In this document: piece after piece, positions 51,676-61,310 of the stretch | How the letters are laid out: every line of letters begins with the position of its first letter | How positions within the stretch are numbered: position 1 is the first letter of the stretch | DNA from: Candidatus Eiseniibacteriota bacterium | GTDB taxonomy: Bacteria; Eisenbacteria; RBG-16-71-46 | Assembly (NCBI GenBank): GCA_963707915.1 | Contig: OY970178.1 | Coordinates: 992,001-1,056,000, forward strand | Direction of reading: 5' to 3' | DNA: 64,000 nucleotides | Notes under the pieces: generated by a model | What the model saw: the letters and a program-made list of their open reading frames with translations, nothing else | Told to the model about the DNA's origin: nothing | Databases searched by the model: none | Program-made: the position numbers and the translations under genes

Positions 51676-53042
51676 TGCCCGGCCACCGTCCCGGTCACTC
51701 CCGCGCGCGCCAGCGGCTCCATGAACACCGCGCGGATCTCCTCGAGCCGCTCGGGACTGCGGGCCTCGAAGCGCACCACCAGCACCGGCTGGGTGTTCGA
51801 GGCACGCACCAGGCCCCAGCCGTCGCCGAACTCGACGCGGGCGCCGTCGATGTCGATCACGCGGTAGCGTCCGGCGAACTCCCGCTTGAGCTCCTCCACC
51901 ACGGCGAACTTGCGCTCCTCCGGACAGGCGAGCCGGATCTCCGGCGTCGAGAAGTAGTGCGGGATCGAGTCCACCAGCTCGACGAACGACTTCCCGGTGG
52001 CAGCGACGTAGCGCAGCAGGCGCCCCGCGGCGAAGAGCGCGTCGTCGAAGCCGAAGTAGCCCTCGCTGAAGAACATGTGCCCGGACATCTCGCCCGCCAG
52101 CGGCGCCCCGGTCTCGGCCAGGCGGCTCTTGAGCAGCGAGTGGCCGGTCTTCCACATCTCGGGCTGGCCGCCGTGCGCCTCGATGTCCTCCTTCAGGCCC
52201 TGGCTGCACTTGACGTCGAAGATGATCCGGGCGCCGGGCACGCGGGTCAGCACGTCACGCGCCAGCAGCGCCAGGAGCTGGTCGCCCCAGACGATGCGCC
52301 CGTTCGCGTCCACCGCGCCGATCCGGTCGGCGTCGCCGTCGAAGCCGATGCCGAAGTCCGCGCCGCGCCGCTTCACCTCGGCCTGCAGCGCGACGAGCAG
52401 CGCCGGCACCGTGGGGTCGGGCAGGTGGTTCGGGAAGGCGCCGTCCAGCTCGGCGAACAGCGGGAACACCCGGTGCCCCATGCGCTCGAAGGTCTCCGGC
52501 ACGACCGTCCCCGCGCAACCGTTGCCGCAGTCCATCACGACCGTGAGGCCCTTCGGGCTGCGCAGCCGCTCGACCAGCATGGCCCGGTACTCGTCGAGCA
52601 CCGGGCGGTCGGCGGCGAAGCCGGTCCCGCGCTCGAGGTCGCCGCGCTCGATCAGCGCGCGCATCTCCTGGATCTCGGCCCCGTAGAGCGGGAGCCTGCC
52701 CTTGGTCATCTTGAAGCCGTTGAACTCGGGCGGGTTGTGGCTGCCGGTGATCTGCATGCCGCCGTCCAGCGAGCGGGACGCCACCGCGTAGTAGAGCGCC
52801 GGGGTCGGCACGACCCCGACCCGTTCGACCTCGAGCCCGCACGCGACCATGCCGCGCTCGGCGCCGGCGGCCAGCCGCACGCTGCTCGGCCGCACGTCCC
52901 ATCCCAGGGCGACGCGCCGGCCTCCCGCGCGCCGGGTCAGCGTGCCGAAGGCGCGGCCGACCGCCTCGGCGGCCTCGTCGGTGAGCTCGGTCTCGTGCAG
53001 GCCGCGGATGTCGTACTCGCGGAAGATGTGCGCGGGGATCAT
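51672..53042 (-). CDS. Phosphomannomutase/phosphoglucomutase (AlgC-like)
   Basis: IFREYDIRG, TGSHNP, DGDADR, GEMSGH, RASNTQP. Confidence 0.95.
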   Translation of the reverse strand: MIPAHIFREYDIRGLHETELTDEAAEAVGRAFGTLTRRAGGRRVALGWDVRPSSVRLAAGAERGMVACGLEVERVGVVPTPALYYAVASRSLDGGMQITGSHNPPEFNGFKMTKGRLPLYGAEIQEMRALIERGDLERGTGFAADRPVLDEYRAMLVERLRSPKGLTVVMDCGNGCAGTVVPETFERMGHRVFPLFAELDGAFPNHLPDPTVPALLVALQAEVKRRGADFGIGFDGDADRIGAVDANGRIVWGDQLLALLARDVLTRVPGARIIFDVKCSQGLKEDIEAHGGQPEMWKTGHSLLKSRLAETGAPLAGEMSGHMFFSEGYFGFDDALFAAGRLLRYVAATGKSFVELVDSIPHYFSTPEIRLACPEERKFAVVEELKREFAGRYRVIDIDGARVEFGDGWGLVRASNTQPVLVVRFEARSPERLEEIRAVFMEPLARAGVTGTVAGH

Positions 53043-54141
53043 CTAGGGGTCCTTCCTCTTGAGGTAGGCGTCGATGAAGGGATCCAGATCGCCGTCGAGC
53101 ACCGCGTGCACGTCCCCGATCTTCAGCTCGGTGCGGTGATCGTTCACCATGGTGTAGGGCTGCAACACGTAGGAGCGGATCTGGCTCCCGAAGTCGATCT
53201 CCTTCTTGCCCGCCGAGAGCACCGCCGTCTTCTGGCGCTCCTGCTCGCGGTAGTACACGAAGAGCCGCGTGCGCAGCATGCGCATGGCGAACTCGCGGTT
53301 GCGGTGCTGGCTGCGCTCGGCCTGCGACTGGGTCACGACCCCGGTCGGCAGGTGGGTGATGCGCACCGCGGACTCGGTCTTGTTCACGTGCTGGCCGCCC
53401 GCCCCGCTGGCGCGGAAGGTGTCCACCCGCAGGTCGCCGGGCTGGATGTCGACGGTGATGGTGTCGTCCACCATCGGGTAGACGAAGACCGAGGCGAACG
53501 AGGTGTGGCGCCGCTGGGCCGCGTCGAACGGCGAGATGCGCACCAGCCGGTGCACGCCGCTCTCGCCCTTGAGGTAGCCGTAGGCGAGTTCCCCGGTGAT
53601 CTCGACCGAGGCGTCCTTGAGGCCGGCCTCGTCCCCGGGTTGCAGGTCGAGGATGCTGGTCGCGAAACCGCGGCGCTCGGCCCAGCGCATGTACATGCGG
53701 AAGAGCATCTCGGCCCAGTCCTGCGACTCGGTGCCGCCGGCGCCGGGATGGATGGAGACCAGCGCGCCGAGCCGGTCGTACTCCCCCGACATCAGGCTGC
53801 GGGTCTGCAGCTCGGCGATGAGCTTCGCCAGCTTGACGGCCTCGCCGTCGACTTCGGCGAGCAGGGCCGCATCGGTCTCGCCCAACTCGAGCAGTTCCTC
53901 CAGGTGCCTCAGCTCGTGGTCGGGCCGGCTCCACTCCTCGACGGTGCGCTTGGCCTGCTTGAGGGCGACCACCGTCTTCTGCGCGACCTCGGGCCGGTCC
54001 CAGAAACCGGGCTCGGCCATGCGCGCTTCCGACTCGCTCACCTCGCGCGCGCGCGCCTCGACGTCAAAGGTACCTCCGCAGGTCCTGCAGCGTGGCACGC
54101 GCCTGCTGGAGGCGGCTGCGTACTTCGGCGACGGTCAGCAT
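53043..54141 (-). CDS. prfB: Peptide chain release factor 2, with programmed +1 frameshift at 54064-54069
   Basis: ATG 54141 gives MLTVAEVRSRLQQARATLQDLRRYL, then CTT TGA C with an internal GGAGG Shine-Dalgarno. The +1 frame continues DVEAR... and contains the SPF and GGQ motifs. Confidence 0.97.
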
Positions 54142-54144
54142 GGT

Positions 54145-54798
54145 CTATCCCCTCTCCTCCGGGCCGGCCCGCAGGGCGGCGACCGCCGCCCGCGCCGACC
54201 GCGCCAGTTCCTCGATGCTCCCCGAGTTGTCGAGCGTCACGTCCGCCGCGGCGCCGAACGTCTCGTCGGTCCGCTGCGCCAGGAGCCGGCTCCGTGCCTC
54301 CGCCTCCGTCCAGCCGCGGCTGCGCACCAGCCGCCGCACCTGCTCCGCGTGCGGCGCGGTGACGGCGATCACCGCGTCGCAGGCGCGCTCCAGTCCCCAC
54401 TCCAGCAACAACGCCGCGTCCAGCACCACCACGCCGTGCACACCGCGCTCGCGCAGTCCCTTCAGCCGGTCCTCGAGGCGCGCGACGAGCCGCGGGTGGA
54501 CCAGCCGGTCCAGGCGGGCCCGCGCCGCCGGGTCGCGGAACACGCGGGCCGCGACCCGTCCCCGGTCGAGCCGGCCGTCCGGCCCGTACACGTCGTCCCC
54601 GTATTCGCCGGCCAGCGCGGACCGCACCTCGGGGTCCTGGTCGGTGACCTCGTGGCCCACGAGGTCGGCCTCGATCACGGTCGCTCCGTCCGCCGCCAGG
54701 GCGCCGGCCACCGCGCTCTTGCCGCTCCCCGCGCGGCCGACCACGCCGACGATGAACAGCCCGTCGCCCGCAGGCGCGCGGCGCGCCCTAGTGGACAT
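54145..54798 (-). CDS. coaE: Dephospho-CoA kinase
   Basis: P-loop GRAGSGKS, 'EAD..GH', 'LDRLVHP', 'DAALLLE', 'DNSG'. Confidence 0.92.
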   Translation of the reverse strand: MSTRARRAPAGDGLFIVGVVGRAGSGKSAVAGALAADGATVIEADLVGHEVTDQDPEVRSALAGEYGDDVYGPDGRLDRGRVAARVFRDPAARARLDRLVHPRLVARLEDRLKGLRERGVHGVVVLDAALLLEWGLERACDAVIAVTAPHAEQVRRLVRSRGWTEAEARSRLLAQRTDETFGAAADVTLDNSGSIEELARSARAAVAALRAGPEERG

Positions 54799-57748
54799 CG
54801 AACCAGGTCCGGCCGACGCCCACCGACACCTCGAGCGGGACCCGCAGCGGTTCGTCCAGCAGGTCCTGGAGCAGCGGGACGTCCTGCATCCCGGCGCGGG
54901 CCGATGCCGCCACGGCCGCCGCGTCCCCGGCCGGGCACTCGATCAGCAGCTCGTCGTGCACCTGGAGCAGCAATCTAGCGGAGGGCCCGAAGCGCTTCAA
55001 GGCGCTCCCCACCCCGATCATCGCGACCTTCATCAGGTCGGCCGCCGAGCCCTGGATCGGAGTATTGATCGCGGCGCGCTCGGCCAGCGAGCGCAGGCCG
55101 CCGTTGGCGCTGCCGAGGTCGGGCAGGTAGCGCCGCCGGCCCATGATCGTCTGCACCCAGCCGCGCGAGCGCGCCTGCTCGACCGTGGCGTCGAGGAACT
55201 CGCGCACGCCGGTGTAGACCGTGAAGTAGTCGCGGATGAATTCCTCGGCCTCGGCCAGGCCGATGCCCATCTGCTGGGCGAGGCTGCGGGCCCCCATGCC
55301 GTACATGACGCCGAAGTTCACGATCTTGGCGCGCGCCCGCAGCGCCGGGTCGAGCTCGCCCTCCTTCACGCCGAAGATGCGGCGCGCGGTGGCGGCGTGC
55401 ACGTCCGTGCCGCCCTGGAACGCCTCGGTCAGCGCCGGGTCGCGCGAGAGGTGCGCCATCAGCCGCAGCTCGATCTGCGAGTAGTCCGCACCCACCAGCA
55501 GGCAACCCTCGGGCGCGACGAAGGCACGCCGGATGGCGCGGCCCTGGGGCGTGCGCATCGGGATGTTCTGCAGGTTGGGGTCGCTCGAGGACAGCCGCCC
55601 GGTGGCCGCCACCGCCTGGTGGAAGGTCGTGTGCACGCGGCCATCCGCGGCGTCGGCCACTGCGGGCAACGCGTCGAGGTAGGTGGACTTGAGCTTGGCG
55701 AGCGCCCGGTACTCGAGCAGGAGCTTCGGGAACGGGTGCTCCGCCGCCAGCTCTTCGAGCACGCCCTGGTCGGTCGAGAATCCGGTCTTGGTGCGCCGGC
55801 CGGTCTTGAGCCCGAGCTTCTCGAACAGCACGCGCGCGACCTGCGGACCGCTGTTGAGGTTGAAGCGCTCGTCGGCCAGCACGTAGAGCGCCTCCTCGAG
55901 CCGGGCGATGTCCTCGGCCGCGCGGCCCGACATCTCGGCCAGCACCGCGCAGTCGAGCGCGATCCCCGCGCGCTCCATCTCGAGCAGCACCCGGACGAGC
56001 GGATGCTCGACCCGGGTGTAGAGGGCGTCCTGCCCGCGCGCGTCGAGCTGGGCGCGGAGCGCCGCCTCCAGCCGCCACAGCGCGGCCGCCGCCGGCGCGG
56101 CAAACGCCCGCGCGGCCGCCGGCGCGAGCGCCGCGTACGACGGCTGCGGCCGGCCGCGCGGGGTACCCGCGCGGTCGGCGCCCGCCGGCGCGGCCTCGGG
56201 CAGGATCTCGCCGAGGAAGTCGCGCGCCAGCGCGGCCAGCGCTTGGTCCCGGTCCGGGTCGCAGAGGAACGAGCCGAGGTGGACGTCGAAGGACCGGCAC
56301 CGGACGTCGAACGGCTCGATCCTCAGACCCGCGGCCTCGAGCACGTGGCCGTCGGCCTTGAGGTCGTGGCCCACCTTGGGCAGCGTGGGGTCCGCCAGCG
56401 CCGGAGCGAGCCACTCGCGCACCTTCGCGAGCGGCAGGTTGGGGCCCGGGTCGTGGCCCAGCGGGACGTAGCAGGCGGTCCCGTCACGCGCCGCCAGCGC
56501 CAGCCCCACCAGCCGCGCGGTGCGCGGGTCCGCGCCGTCGGTGAGCGGCAGCAGCGCCAGGCCGTGCAGGGAGCGAGCCCGCACCTCGTGCAGCTCCTGC
56601 GTCCAGGCCTCGAGCAGCGCGGCCTCGCCCTCCTCGTCGGCCGTCCCGGCCGCGCCCCACAGGTCGAGCGTGGCCTGGCCGCCGGGGGCCGGCGAAGGCC
56701 CGGACCGCGGCGCGCCCCGGGCCGGCGGGGCCGCGGGCGGGACCTGCACCAGCGGCGGGGCCGCGGACGACGGCGCGCGCGGCATCGCCAGCGTCACCCC
56801 CTCGGCCGGCGTCTCGCTCACCGTGCCGCGGCGCCCCGCCGGCCGGGCCGGCGAGAGCGCGCCCGCGTCGGCGTCCGCCACGCCCAGGCTCTGCGCCACC
56901 GCCTCGAGCCGGCGCACCTCGTGGCGCCGGGCGAATTCGAGCAGCGCGTCACGCCGGATCGGGCCGCAGCGCAGCTCCTCCCAGGAGTACGGCAGGTCGA
57001 GGTCCGCGCGCACCGTCGCCAGCTCGCGCGACAGGAACGCCAGCTCCCGGTTCGCCTCCAGCTTCGCCCGGAGCGCCGGCTTCGTCACCTCGTCGAGCCG
57101 GGCGTAGAGCGCGTCGAGCGAGCCGAAGCGGCGCATCAGCTCCTTCGCGGTCTTCTCCCCCACGCCCGGCACACCGGGGATGTTGTCGCTGGAGTCGCCC
57201 ATCAGCGCGAGCATGTCGCGGATGTGCTCGGGCCCCACGTCCCACTTCGCGCGCACCGCGTCGGCGTCCATCCACTCGTAGGCCTCGCGCGCCTGCGGCA
57301 CCAGCACGCGCACCGGCCCGCCCACCACCTGGAGCATGTCCTTGTCGCCGGTGACCAGCACGACCTCGAGCCCTTCGCGCGCGCCGCGCGCGGCCAGCGT
57401 GGCCATGACGTCGTCGGCCTCCATGCCCGGGATCTCGAGCACCGGCAGACCCAGCGCCTGCGCCAGGGTCTCGATCGGCTCGAGCTGGGCGAGCAGGTCA
57501 TCGGGCGTGGGCTTGCGCTGCGCCTTGTAGGCGGGGAAGCGCAGGTGACGCCAGGTCGGGCCCGGCCCGTCCCAGGCCAGCGCCCAGTGCTCGGGCTTCT
57601 CGTCGCGCCGGATCTTCAGCACCGTGTTGGCGAAGCCGAAGATCGCCGAGGTGTTCTCGCCCCGCGAGTTGACCAGCGGCCGCGCGATGAAGGCGTAGAA
57701 GGCCCGGTAGGCGAGCCCCATCGCGTCGAGCACGAACAGGCGGGGCAC
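54788..57748 (-). CDS. polA: DNA polymerase I
   Basis: 5'-3' exonuclease (EADD, DKD, GDSSDNIPG), polymerase motifs TGRLSSSDPNLQNIP, DYSQIELR, AKIVNFG, QVHDE. Confidence 0.97.
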   Translation of the reverse strand: MPRLFVLDAMGLAYRAFYAFIARPLVNSRGENTSAIFGFANTVLKIRRDEKPEHWALAWDGPGPTWRHLRFPAYKAQRKPTPDDLLAQLEPIETLAQALGLPVLEIPGMEADDVMATLAARGAREGLEVVLVTGDKDMLQVVGGPVRVLVPQAREAYEWMDADAVRAKWDVGPEHIRDMLALMGDSSDNIPGVPGVGEKTAKELMRRFGSLDALYARLDEVTKPALRAKLEANRELAFLSRELATVRADLDLPYSWEELRCGPIRRDALLEFARRHEVRRLEAVAQSLGVADADAGALSPARPAGRRGTVSETPAEGVTLAMPRAPSSAAPPLVQVPPAAPPARGAPRSGPSPAPGGQATLDLWGAAGTADEEGEAALLEAWTQELHEVRARSLHGLALLPLTDGADPRTARLVGLALAARDGTACYVPLGHDPGPNLPLAKVREWLAPALADPTLPKVGHDLKADGHVLEAAGLRIEPFDVRCRSFDVHLGSFLCDPDRDQALAALARDFLGEILPEAAPAGADRAGTPRGRPQPSYAALAPAAARAFAAPAAAALWRLEAALRAQLDARGQDALYTRVEHPLVRVLLEMERAGIALDCAVLAEMSGRAAEDIARLEEALYVLADERFNLNSGPQVARVLFEKLGLKTGRRTKTGFSTDQGVLEELAAEHPFPKLLLEYRALAKLKSTYLDALPAVADAADGRVHTTFHQAVAATGRLSSSDPNLQNIPMRTPQGRAIRRAFVAPEGCLLVGADYSQIELRLMAHLSRDPALTEAFQGGTDVHAATARRIFGVKEGELDPALRARAKIVNFGVMYGMGARSLAQQMGIGLAEAEEFIRDYFTVYTGVREFLDATVEQARSRGWVQTIMGRRRYLPDLGSANGGLRSLAERAAINTPIQGSAADLMKVAMIGVGSALKRFGPSARLLLQVHDELLIECPAGDAAAVAASARAGMQDVPLLQDLLDEPLRVPLEVSVGVGRTWFDVH

Positions 57749-57777
57749 GGGCTACTCCGCGGGGCGCCGGCCACCCG

Positions 57778-58386
57778 TCACGCGCCCCTCCCGTACAGCC
57801 CGCGGCGGGCGATGTGGGCGGCGACCGCGTCCGGCACGAGGTAGCGCAGCGAGCGGCCGGCACGCGCGCGGGCCCGCAGGGCGCTCGAGGAGAACGCCAC
57901 CGGCGGGTTGTCGAGCAGCACGACGCGCCCGCGCGCAGCGGCCGGGACTCGCAGCCGGCCGCGGGCCGCCGCGCCCGGGCCCGGCAGCCGCGCCGCCACC
58001 ACCAGCGTGGCGAGCCGGGCGATCTCGCCGGGCTCGTGCCAGCCGGGGAAGTCCGCGAGACTGTCCGCCCCCATCAGCAGGTAGAAGCGCGCACCCGGCT
58101 GGCGGGCGCGGAGGTGCCGCAGCGTGTCCACGGTGAACGACGGGCCCGCGCGGCGCGCCTCGAGGCCCGAGACCGCGAAGGCCGGGTTGCCCCGCACCGC
58201 AAGGCGGGTCATGGCGAGCCGGTCGGCGGCGTCCGTGAGCCGGCGGCCGAGCTTGTGGGGCGGCGCGCCCGCCGGCATGAACACCACGCGGTCGAGCCGC
58301 AGCGCGGTGCGCGCCCACTCGGCCAGCACCAGGTGCCCGACATGGGGCGGGTCGAACGTGCCGCCGAACAGGCCGATGCGGCGCAT
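57778..58386 (-). CDS. nadD: Nicotinate-nucleotide adenylyltransferase
   Basis: GGTFDPPHVGH, PPHK, SFTVDT, MGAD, SSS.LR. Confidence 0.95.
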   Translation of the reverse strand: MRRIGLFGGTFDPPHVGHLVLAEWARTALRLDRVVFMPAGAPPHKLGRRLTDAADRLAMTRLAVRGNPAFAVSGLEARRAGPSFTVDTLRHLRARQPGARFYLLMGADSLADFPGWHEPGEIARLATLVVAARLPGPGAAARGRLRVPAAARGRVVLLDNPPVAFSSSALRARARAGRSLRYLVPDAVAAHIARRGLYGRGA

Positions 58387-58390
58387 GGCG

Positions 58391-59176
58391 CTACTTCGTC
58401 TTCGGCGGGTGCCGCTCGAGGCGCGCGAGTTCCTTCGCGGCGATCCGGGCCAGGGGCTTGTCCGCGCCGCTCTTCAGGATGTCGCGCAGCACGGCCATCG
58501 CCTCGTCGCGCTTGCCCGCCATCGCGTCGGCCAGGCCGAGACCCAGGTGCGCGTCCGGCGCGATCGACGTGTCCGGGTACTCGTCGATCACGCGGCGGAA
58601 GTAGACGCGGGCCGGGCCGGCGCGCCGCAGCTTCAGGTAGAGGACGCCCGAGCGGTTGAGCTTGTCCGCCAGCCGCTCGCGCGCGGCCAGGCGGCGCGTC
58701 GTGGCCTCGGCGTTCAGCCAGTGCCCGGGGTAGGCGCGCAGGTAGCTCTCCCACTGGTCGACGGCCTTCTGCGTGTATTCCTGGTCGAAGGCCGCGCCGC
58801 GGGACTGCCCCCAGAGCGCCTCGCCCAGGTGGAACGAGGCGGCGGCCGCGGAATCGCTCTCGGGGTAGTCGCGCAGGACCCGCTCGAACTGGCCCTGCGC
58901 CTCGGCCCACTCCTTGATGCGCAGGTTCGCCTCGCCCAGCAACTCGATGGCCTGGTCCACGTCGGCACCGCCCGCGTTGTTCGCGACGTAGCTCTTTAGC
59001 AGCTCGAGCGCGACGTTGTACTCGCGCAGCTGGAGCGCGCGCCGCCCCTGGGCCAGGCGCTCCGGCTCGGAATGGATGGCGGGGATGCTGCTCGCCCCGC
59101 ACCCGGACAGCGATCCGGCGAGCAGGCCGAGCGCGAGCGGGAGCAGCACCCGGCGCACCCTGCGGGACCTCGTCAC
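58391..59176 (-). CDS. bamD: Outer membrane protein assembly factor BamD (TPR lipoprotein)
   Basis: Lipobox LSGC, TPR helices, 'DQEYTQKA..YP', 'RLADK..LY'. Confidence 0.85.
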   Translation of the reverse strand: MTRSRRVRRVLLPLALGLLAGSLSGCGASSIPAIHSEPERLAQGRRALQLREYNVALELLKSYVANNAGGADVDQAIELLGEANLRIKEWAEAQGQFERVLRDYPESDSAAAASFHLGEALWGQSRGAAFDQEYTQKAVDQWESYLRAYPGHWLNAEATTRRLAARERLADKLNRSGVLYLKLRRAGPARVYFRRVIDEYPDTSIAPDAHLGLGLADAMAGKRDEAMAVLRDILKSGADKPLARIAAKELARLERHPPKTK

Positions 59177-59184
59177 GGCGGGCC

Positions 59185-59934
59185 TCACGGTCGGTTCTGG
59201 AAGAAGAGCGCCGCCAGGCCGCCGACCACGGCGATCACGACCAGCGGCTCGAAGACCTTGCCCACGTTCCGGGTCGGCACCGGGCTCTTGAGATCGCTGT
59301 GCCGCTCGTCCTCGACCAGGCTGACCCGGTCGGCCCGGAAGGCGTCCAGCAGATTGTACGAGGCGCTCGACGACCACAGCACGTTGGCGCTGCGCGGATC
59401 TCGCAGCGTGAGCGCGCCCTCGACCAGGGACTGCCGCTCGATCTTCACGCGCCCCGAGAAGGGCAGCCAGCCCACCAGCCTCAGGTAGGTCACCCGCGCG
59501 GTGGCGAGCTGGTACTCGAGCAGCGGGTCGCCGGTCGGCGAATAGGTCGACAGGCTGTCGTCCGCCAGGATGCTGCGCCGCACGGTGGCCGTCACGCCGC
59601 GCCGGGCCAGCTCGCGCAGCACGGCCTGCTCGACGACGAAGTTGAGCGGGTGGCTCTCGGCCGGCGCCAGCACCACGTGGGCGCCCGTGTCGATCGGGGC
59701 CGATTGCAGCGCGCGCGAGAAGGCGGTGTTGGCGACCAGCGTCAGGACCTGCAGGTTGGTCGCCGGCACGCGGGGCCCGCGGGGCCGCACGATGGGATTG
59801 ACCTCGGCCAGGGTGGTCGAGAAGGTCGTGTCGATGCCCGGCTTGGGCCCGGCGGCGTACTTGAACTTCTTCGCCTCCGCGGGGGAGCCGAACACCAACA
59901 GGCCGACCAGGGCGGCCGCGAGTCCTGCACGCAT
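59185..59934 (-). CDS. Hypothetical exported protein with C-terminal hydrophobic segment
   Basis: Signal peptide (..AEA) and C-terminal 'EPLVVIAVVGGLAALFF'; GC-rich third codon positions; abuts rimO and bamD. Confidence 0.7.
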   Translation of the reverse strand: MRAGLAAALVGLLVFGSPAEAKKFKYAAGPKPGIDTTFSTTLAEVNPIVRPRGPRVPATNLQVLTLVANTAFSRALQSAPIDTGAHVVLAPAESHPLNFVVEQAVLRELARRGVTATVRRSILADDSLSTYSPTGDPLLEYQLATARVTYLRLVGWLPFSGRVKIERQSLVEGALTLRDPRSANVLWSSSASYNLLDAFRADRVSLVEDERHSDLKSPVPTRNVGKVFEPLVVIAVVGGLAALFFQNRP

Positions 59935-61310
59935 CAGGCGGATCCTTTCACGAGTTGTACGAAGGGCCCGGAGGCGTCGGCCCGCGCGAACAGGTCGTAC
60001 GCCGCCGCTCCCGTCACGCGGACCTCGGCGAGGGTCCCGGGCACCAGCCCGTCGCCTTCTACCACCACGCCGCCGTCCACTTCAAACGCCGAACCCGAGG
60101 TCCTGCCAGCATACTGATTGCGACCGGCCGGGCCGTCAATCATGACCGTGAGCCGCTCCCCCACCCGGCCGGCGTTGCGGCTCCGAGCCAGTCCCTGCTG
60201 CAGCTCGAGCAGCCGAGCCCGCCGGGCCCGCCGCACCGTGAGCGGCACGCGCGGAGTCATGTCCCAGGCCGCCGTGCCCGGCTCGCGCTCGTAGGGGAAG
60301 ACCACGAGGTGCTCGAAGGGCTCTTCCTGGACGTACCGGCACAGCTCCTCGAACTGCTCGTCGGTCTCGCCCGGGAATCCCACGATGAACGTGGTGCGCA
60401 GGGTGACGCCGGGGATGCCCTCCCGGATGCGCCGGACCAGCGCCCGGGAGGCCGGGCCGGTGATGCCCCGGGCCATCGCACGCAGCTGTCCGGTGGCGAT
60501 GTGCTGGAGCGGCAGGTCCACGTACGGCACGACGCGCGCAGCCCTCGCCCAGGTCTCGATGAGCCGGTCGGTCCAGCGCCGCGGGTAGGTGTACTGCACC
60601 CGGATCCAGCTGAGGCCCGCGACCTGGTCGAGCGCCTCGAGCAGGTCGGCGAGCGCCGGCTGGCCGGGCAGGTCGGCGCCGTAGGCCGTGGTGTCCTGCC
60701 CGATCACGTTGAGCTCGCGCACCCCGCCGGCGGCGAGGCGGGCGGCCTCGGCCACCAGGTCCTCGAGCGTGCGGCTGCGCTGCGGCCCGCGCAGCTGCGG
60801 GATCACGCAGAAGGTGCAGCGCTGGTCGCAGCCCTCGGAGATCTTGAGGTAGGCGATGTGCCGCGGCGTCGAGAGTGGCCGCGGCCCGAGCGGCTCGAGC
60901 GCGCCGCCGGGACGCTCGACCAGCACCGGCCGCTGGTCCCCGCCGTCCAGCAGGTGCGACGCGACGCGGGCCACCTCGCTCCACTGCCCGGTCCCCAGCA
61001 CCGCGTCCACCCCGGGGAACTCCTCCAGCAGCGCGGCTCCGGCGCGCTGGGCGAGGCAGCCGGCGACGATGACGCGACGCAGCCGGCCCCGGCCGCGGGC
61101 GGCGACGACCTCCTCGATGGCGGCCTTCGACTCGCGCACCGCGCTCTGCAGGAAGCCGCAGGTGTTGATCACCACGACGTCCGCCTCGGCCGGATCGGCC
61201 ACGGTGCGGAACCCGGCCTGCACCAGCAGCCCGATCATGTGCTCGGAGTCGACCGTGTTCTTGGGACAGCCGAGCGTGACGAAGGCCAGCGTGCGCGGGG
61301 CCGCCGTCAC
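59934..61310 (-). CDS. rimO: Ribosomal protein S12 methylthiotransferase
   Basis: LGCPKN.VDSE, NTCGF, GCLAQR, YLKISEGCDQRCTFC, TRAM domain with EVDG. Confidence 0.93.
   Translation of the reverse strand: MTAAPRTLAFVTLGCPKNTVDSEHMIGLLVQAGFRTVADPAEADVVVINTCGFLQSAVRESKAAIEEVVAARGRGRLRRVIVAGCLAQRAGAALLEEFPGVDAVLGTGQWSEVARVASHLLDGGDQRPVLVERPGGALEPLGPRPLSTPRHIAYLKISEGCDQRCTFCVIPQLRGPQRSRTLEDLVAEAARLAAGGVRELNVIGQDTTAYGADLPGQPALADLLEALDQVAGLSWIRVQYTYPRRWTDRLIETWARAARVVPYVDLPLQHIATGQLRAMARGITGPASRALVRRIREGIPGVTLRTTFIVGFPGETDEQFEELCRYVQEEPFEHLVVFPYEREPGTAAWDMTPRVPLTVRRARRARLLELQQGLARSRNAGRVGERLTVMIDGPAGRNQYAGRTSGSAFEVDGGVVVEGDGLVPGTLAEVRVTGAAAYDLFARADASGPFVQLVKGSA

Noticed and set aside
53043..54141. 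prfB as a frameshifted pseudogene
   Set aside because: The break is the canonical CTT-TGA-C programmed frameshift with its Shine-Dalgarno.
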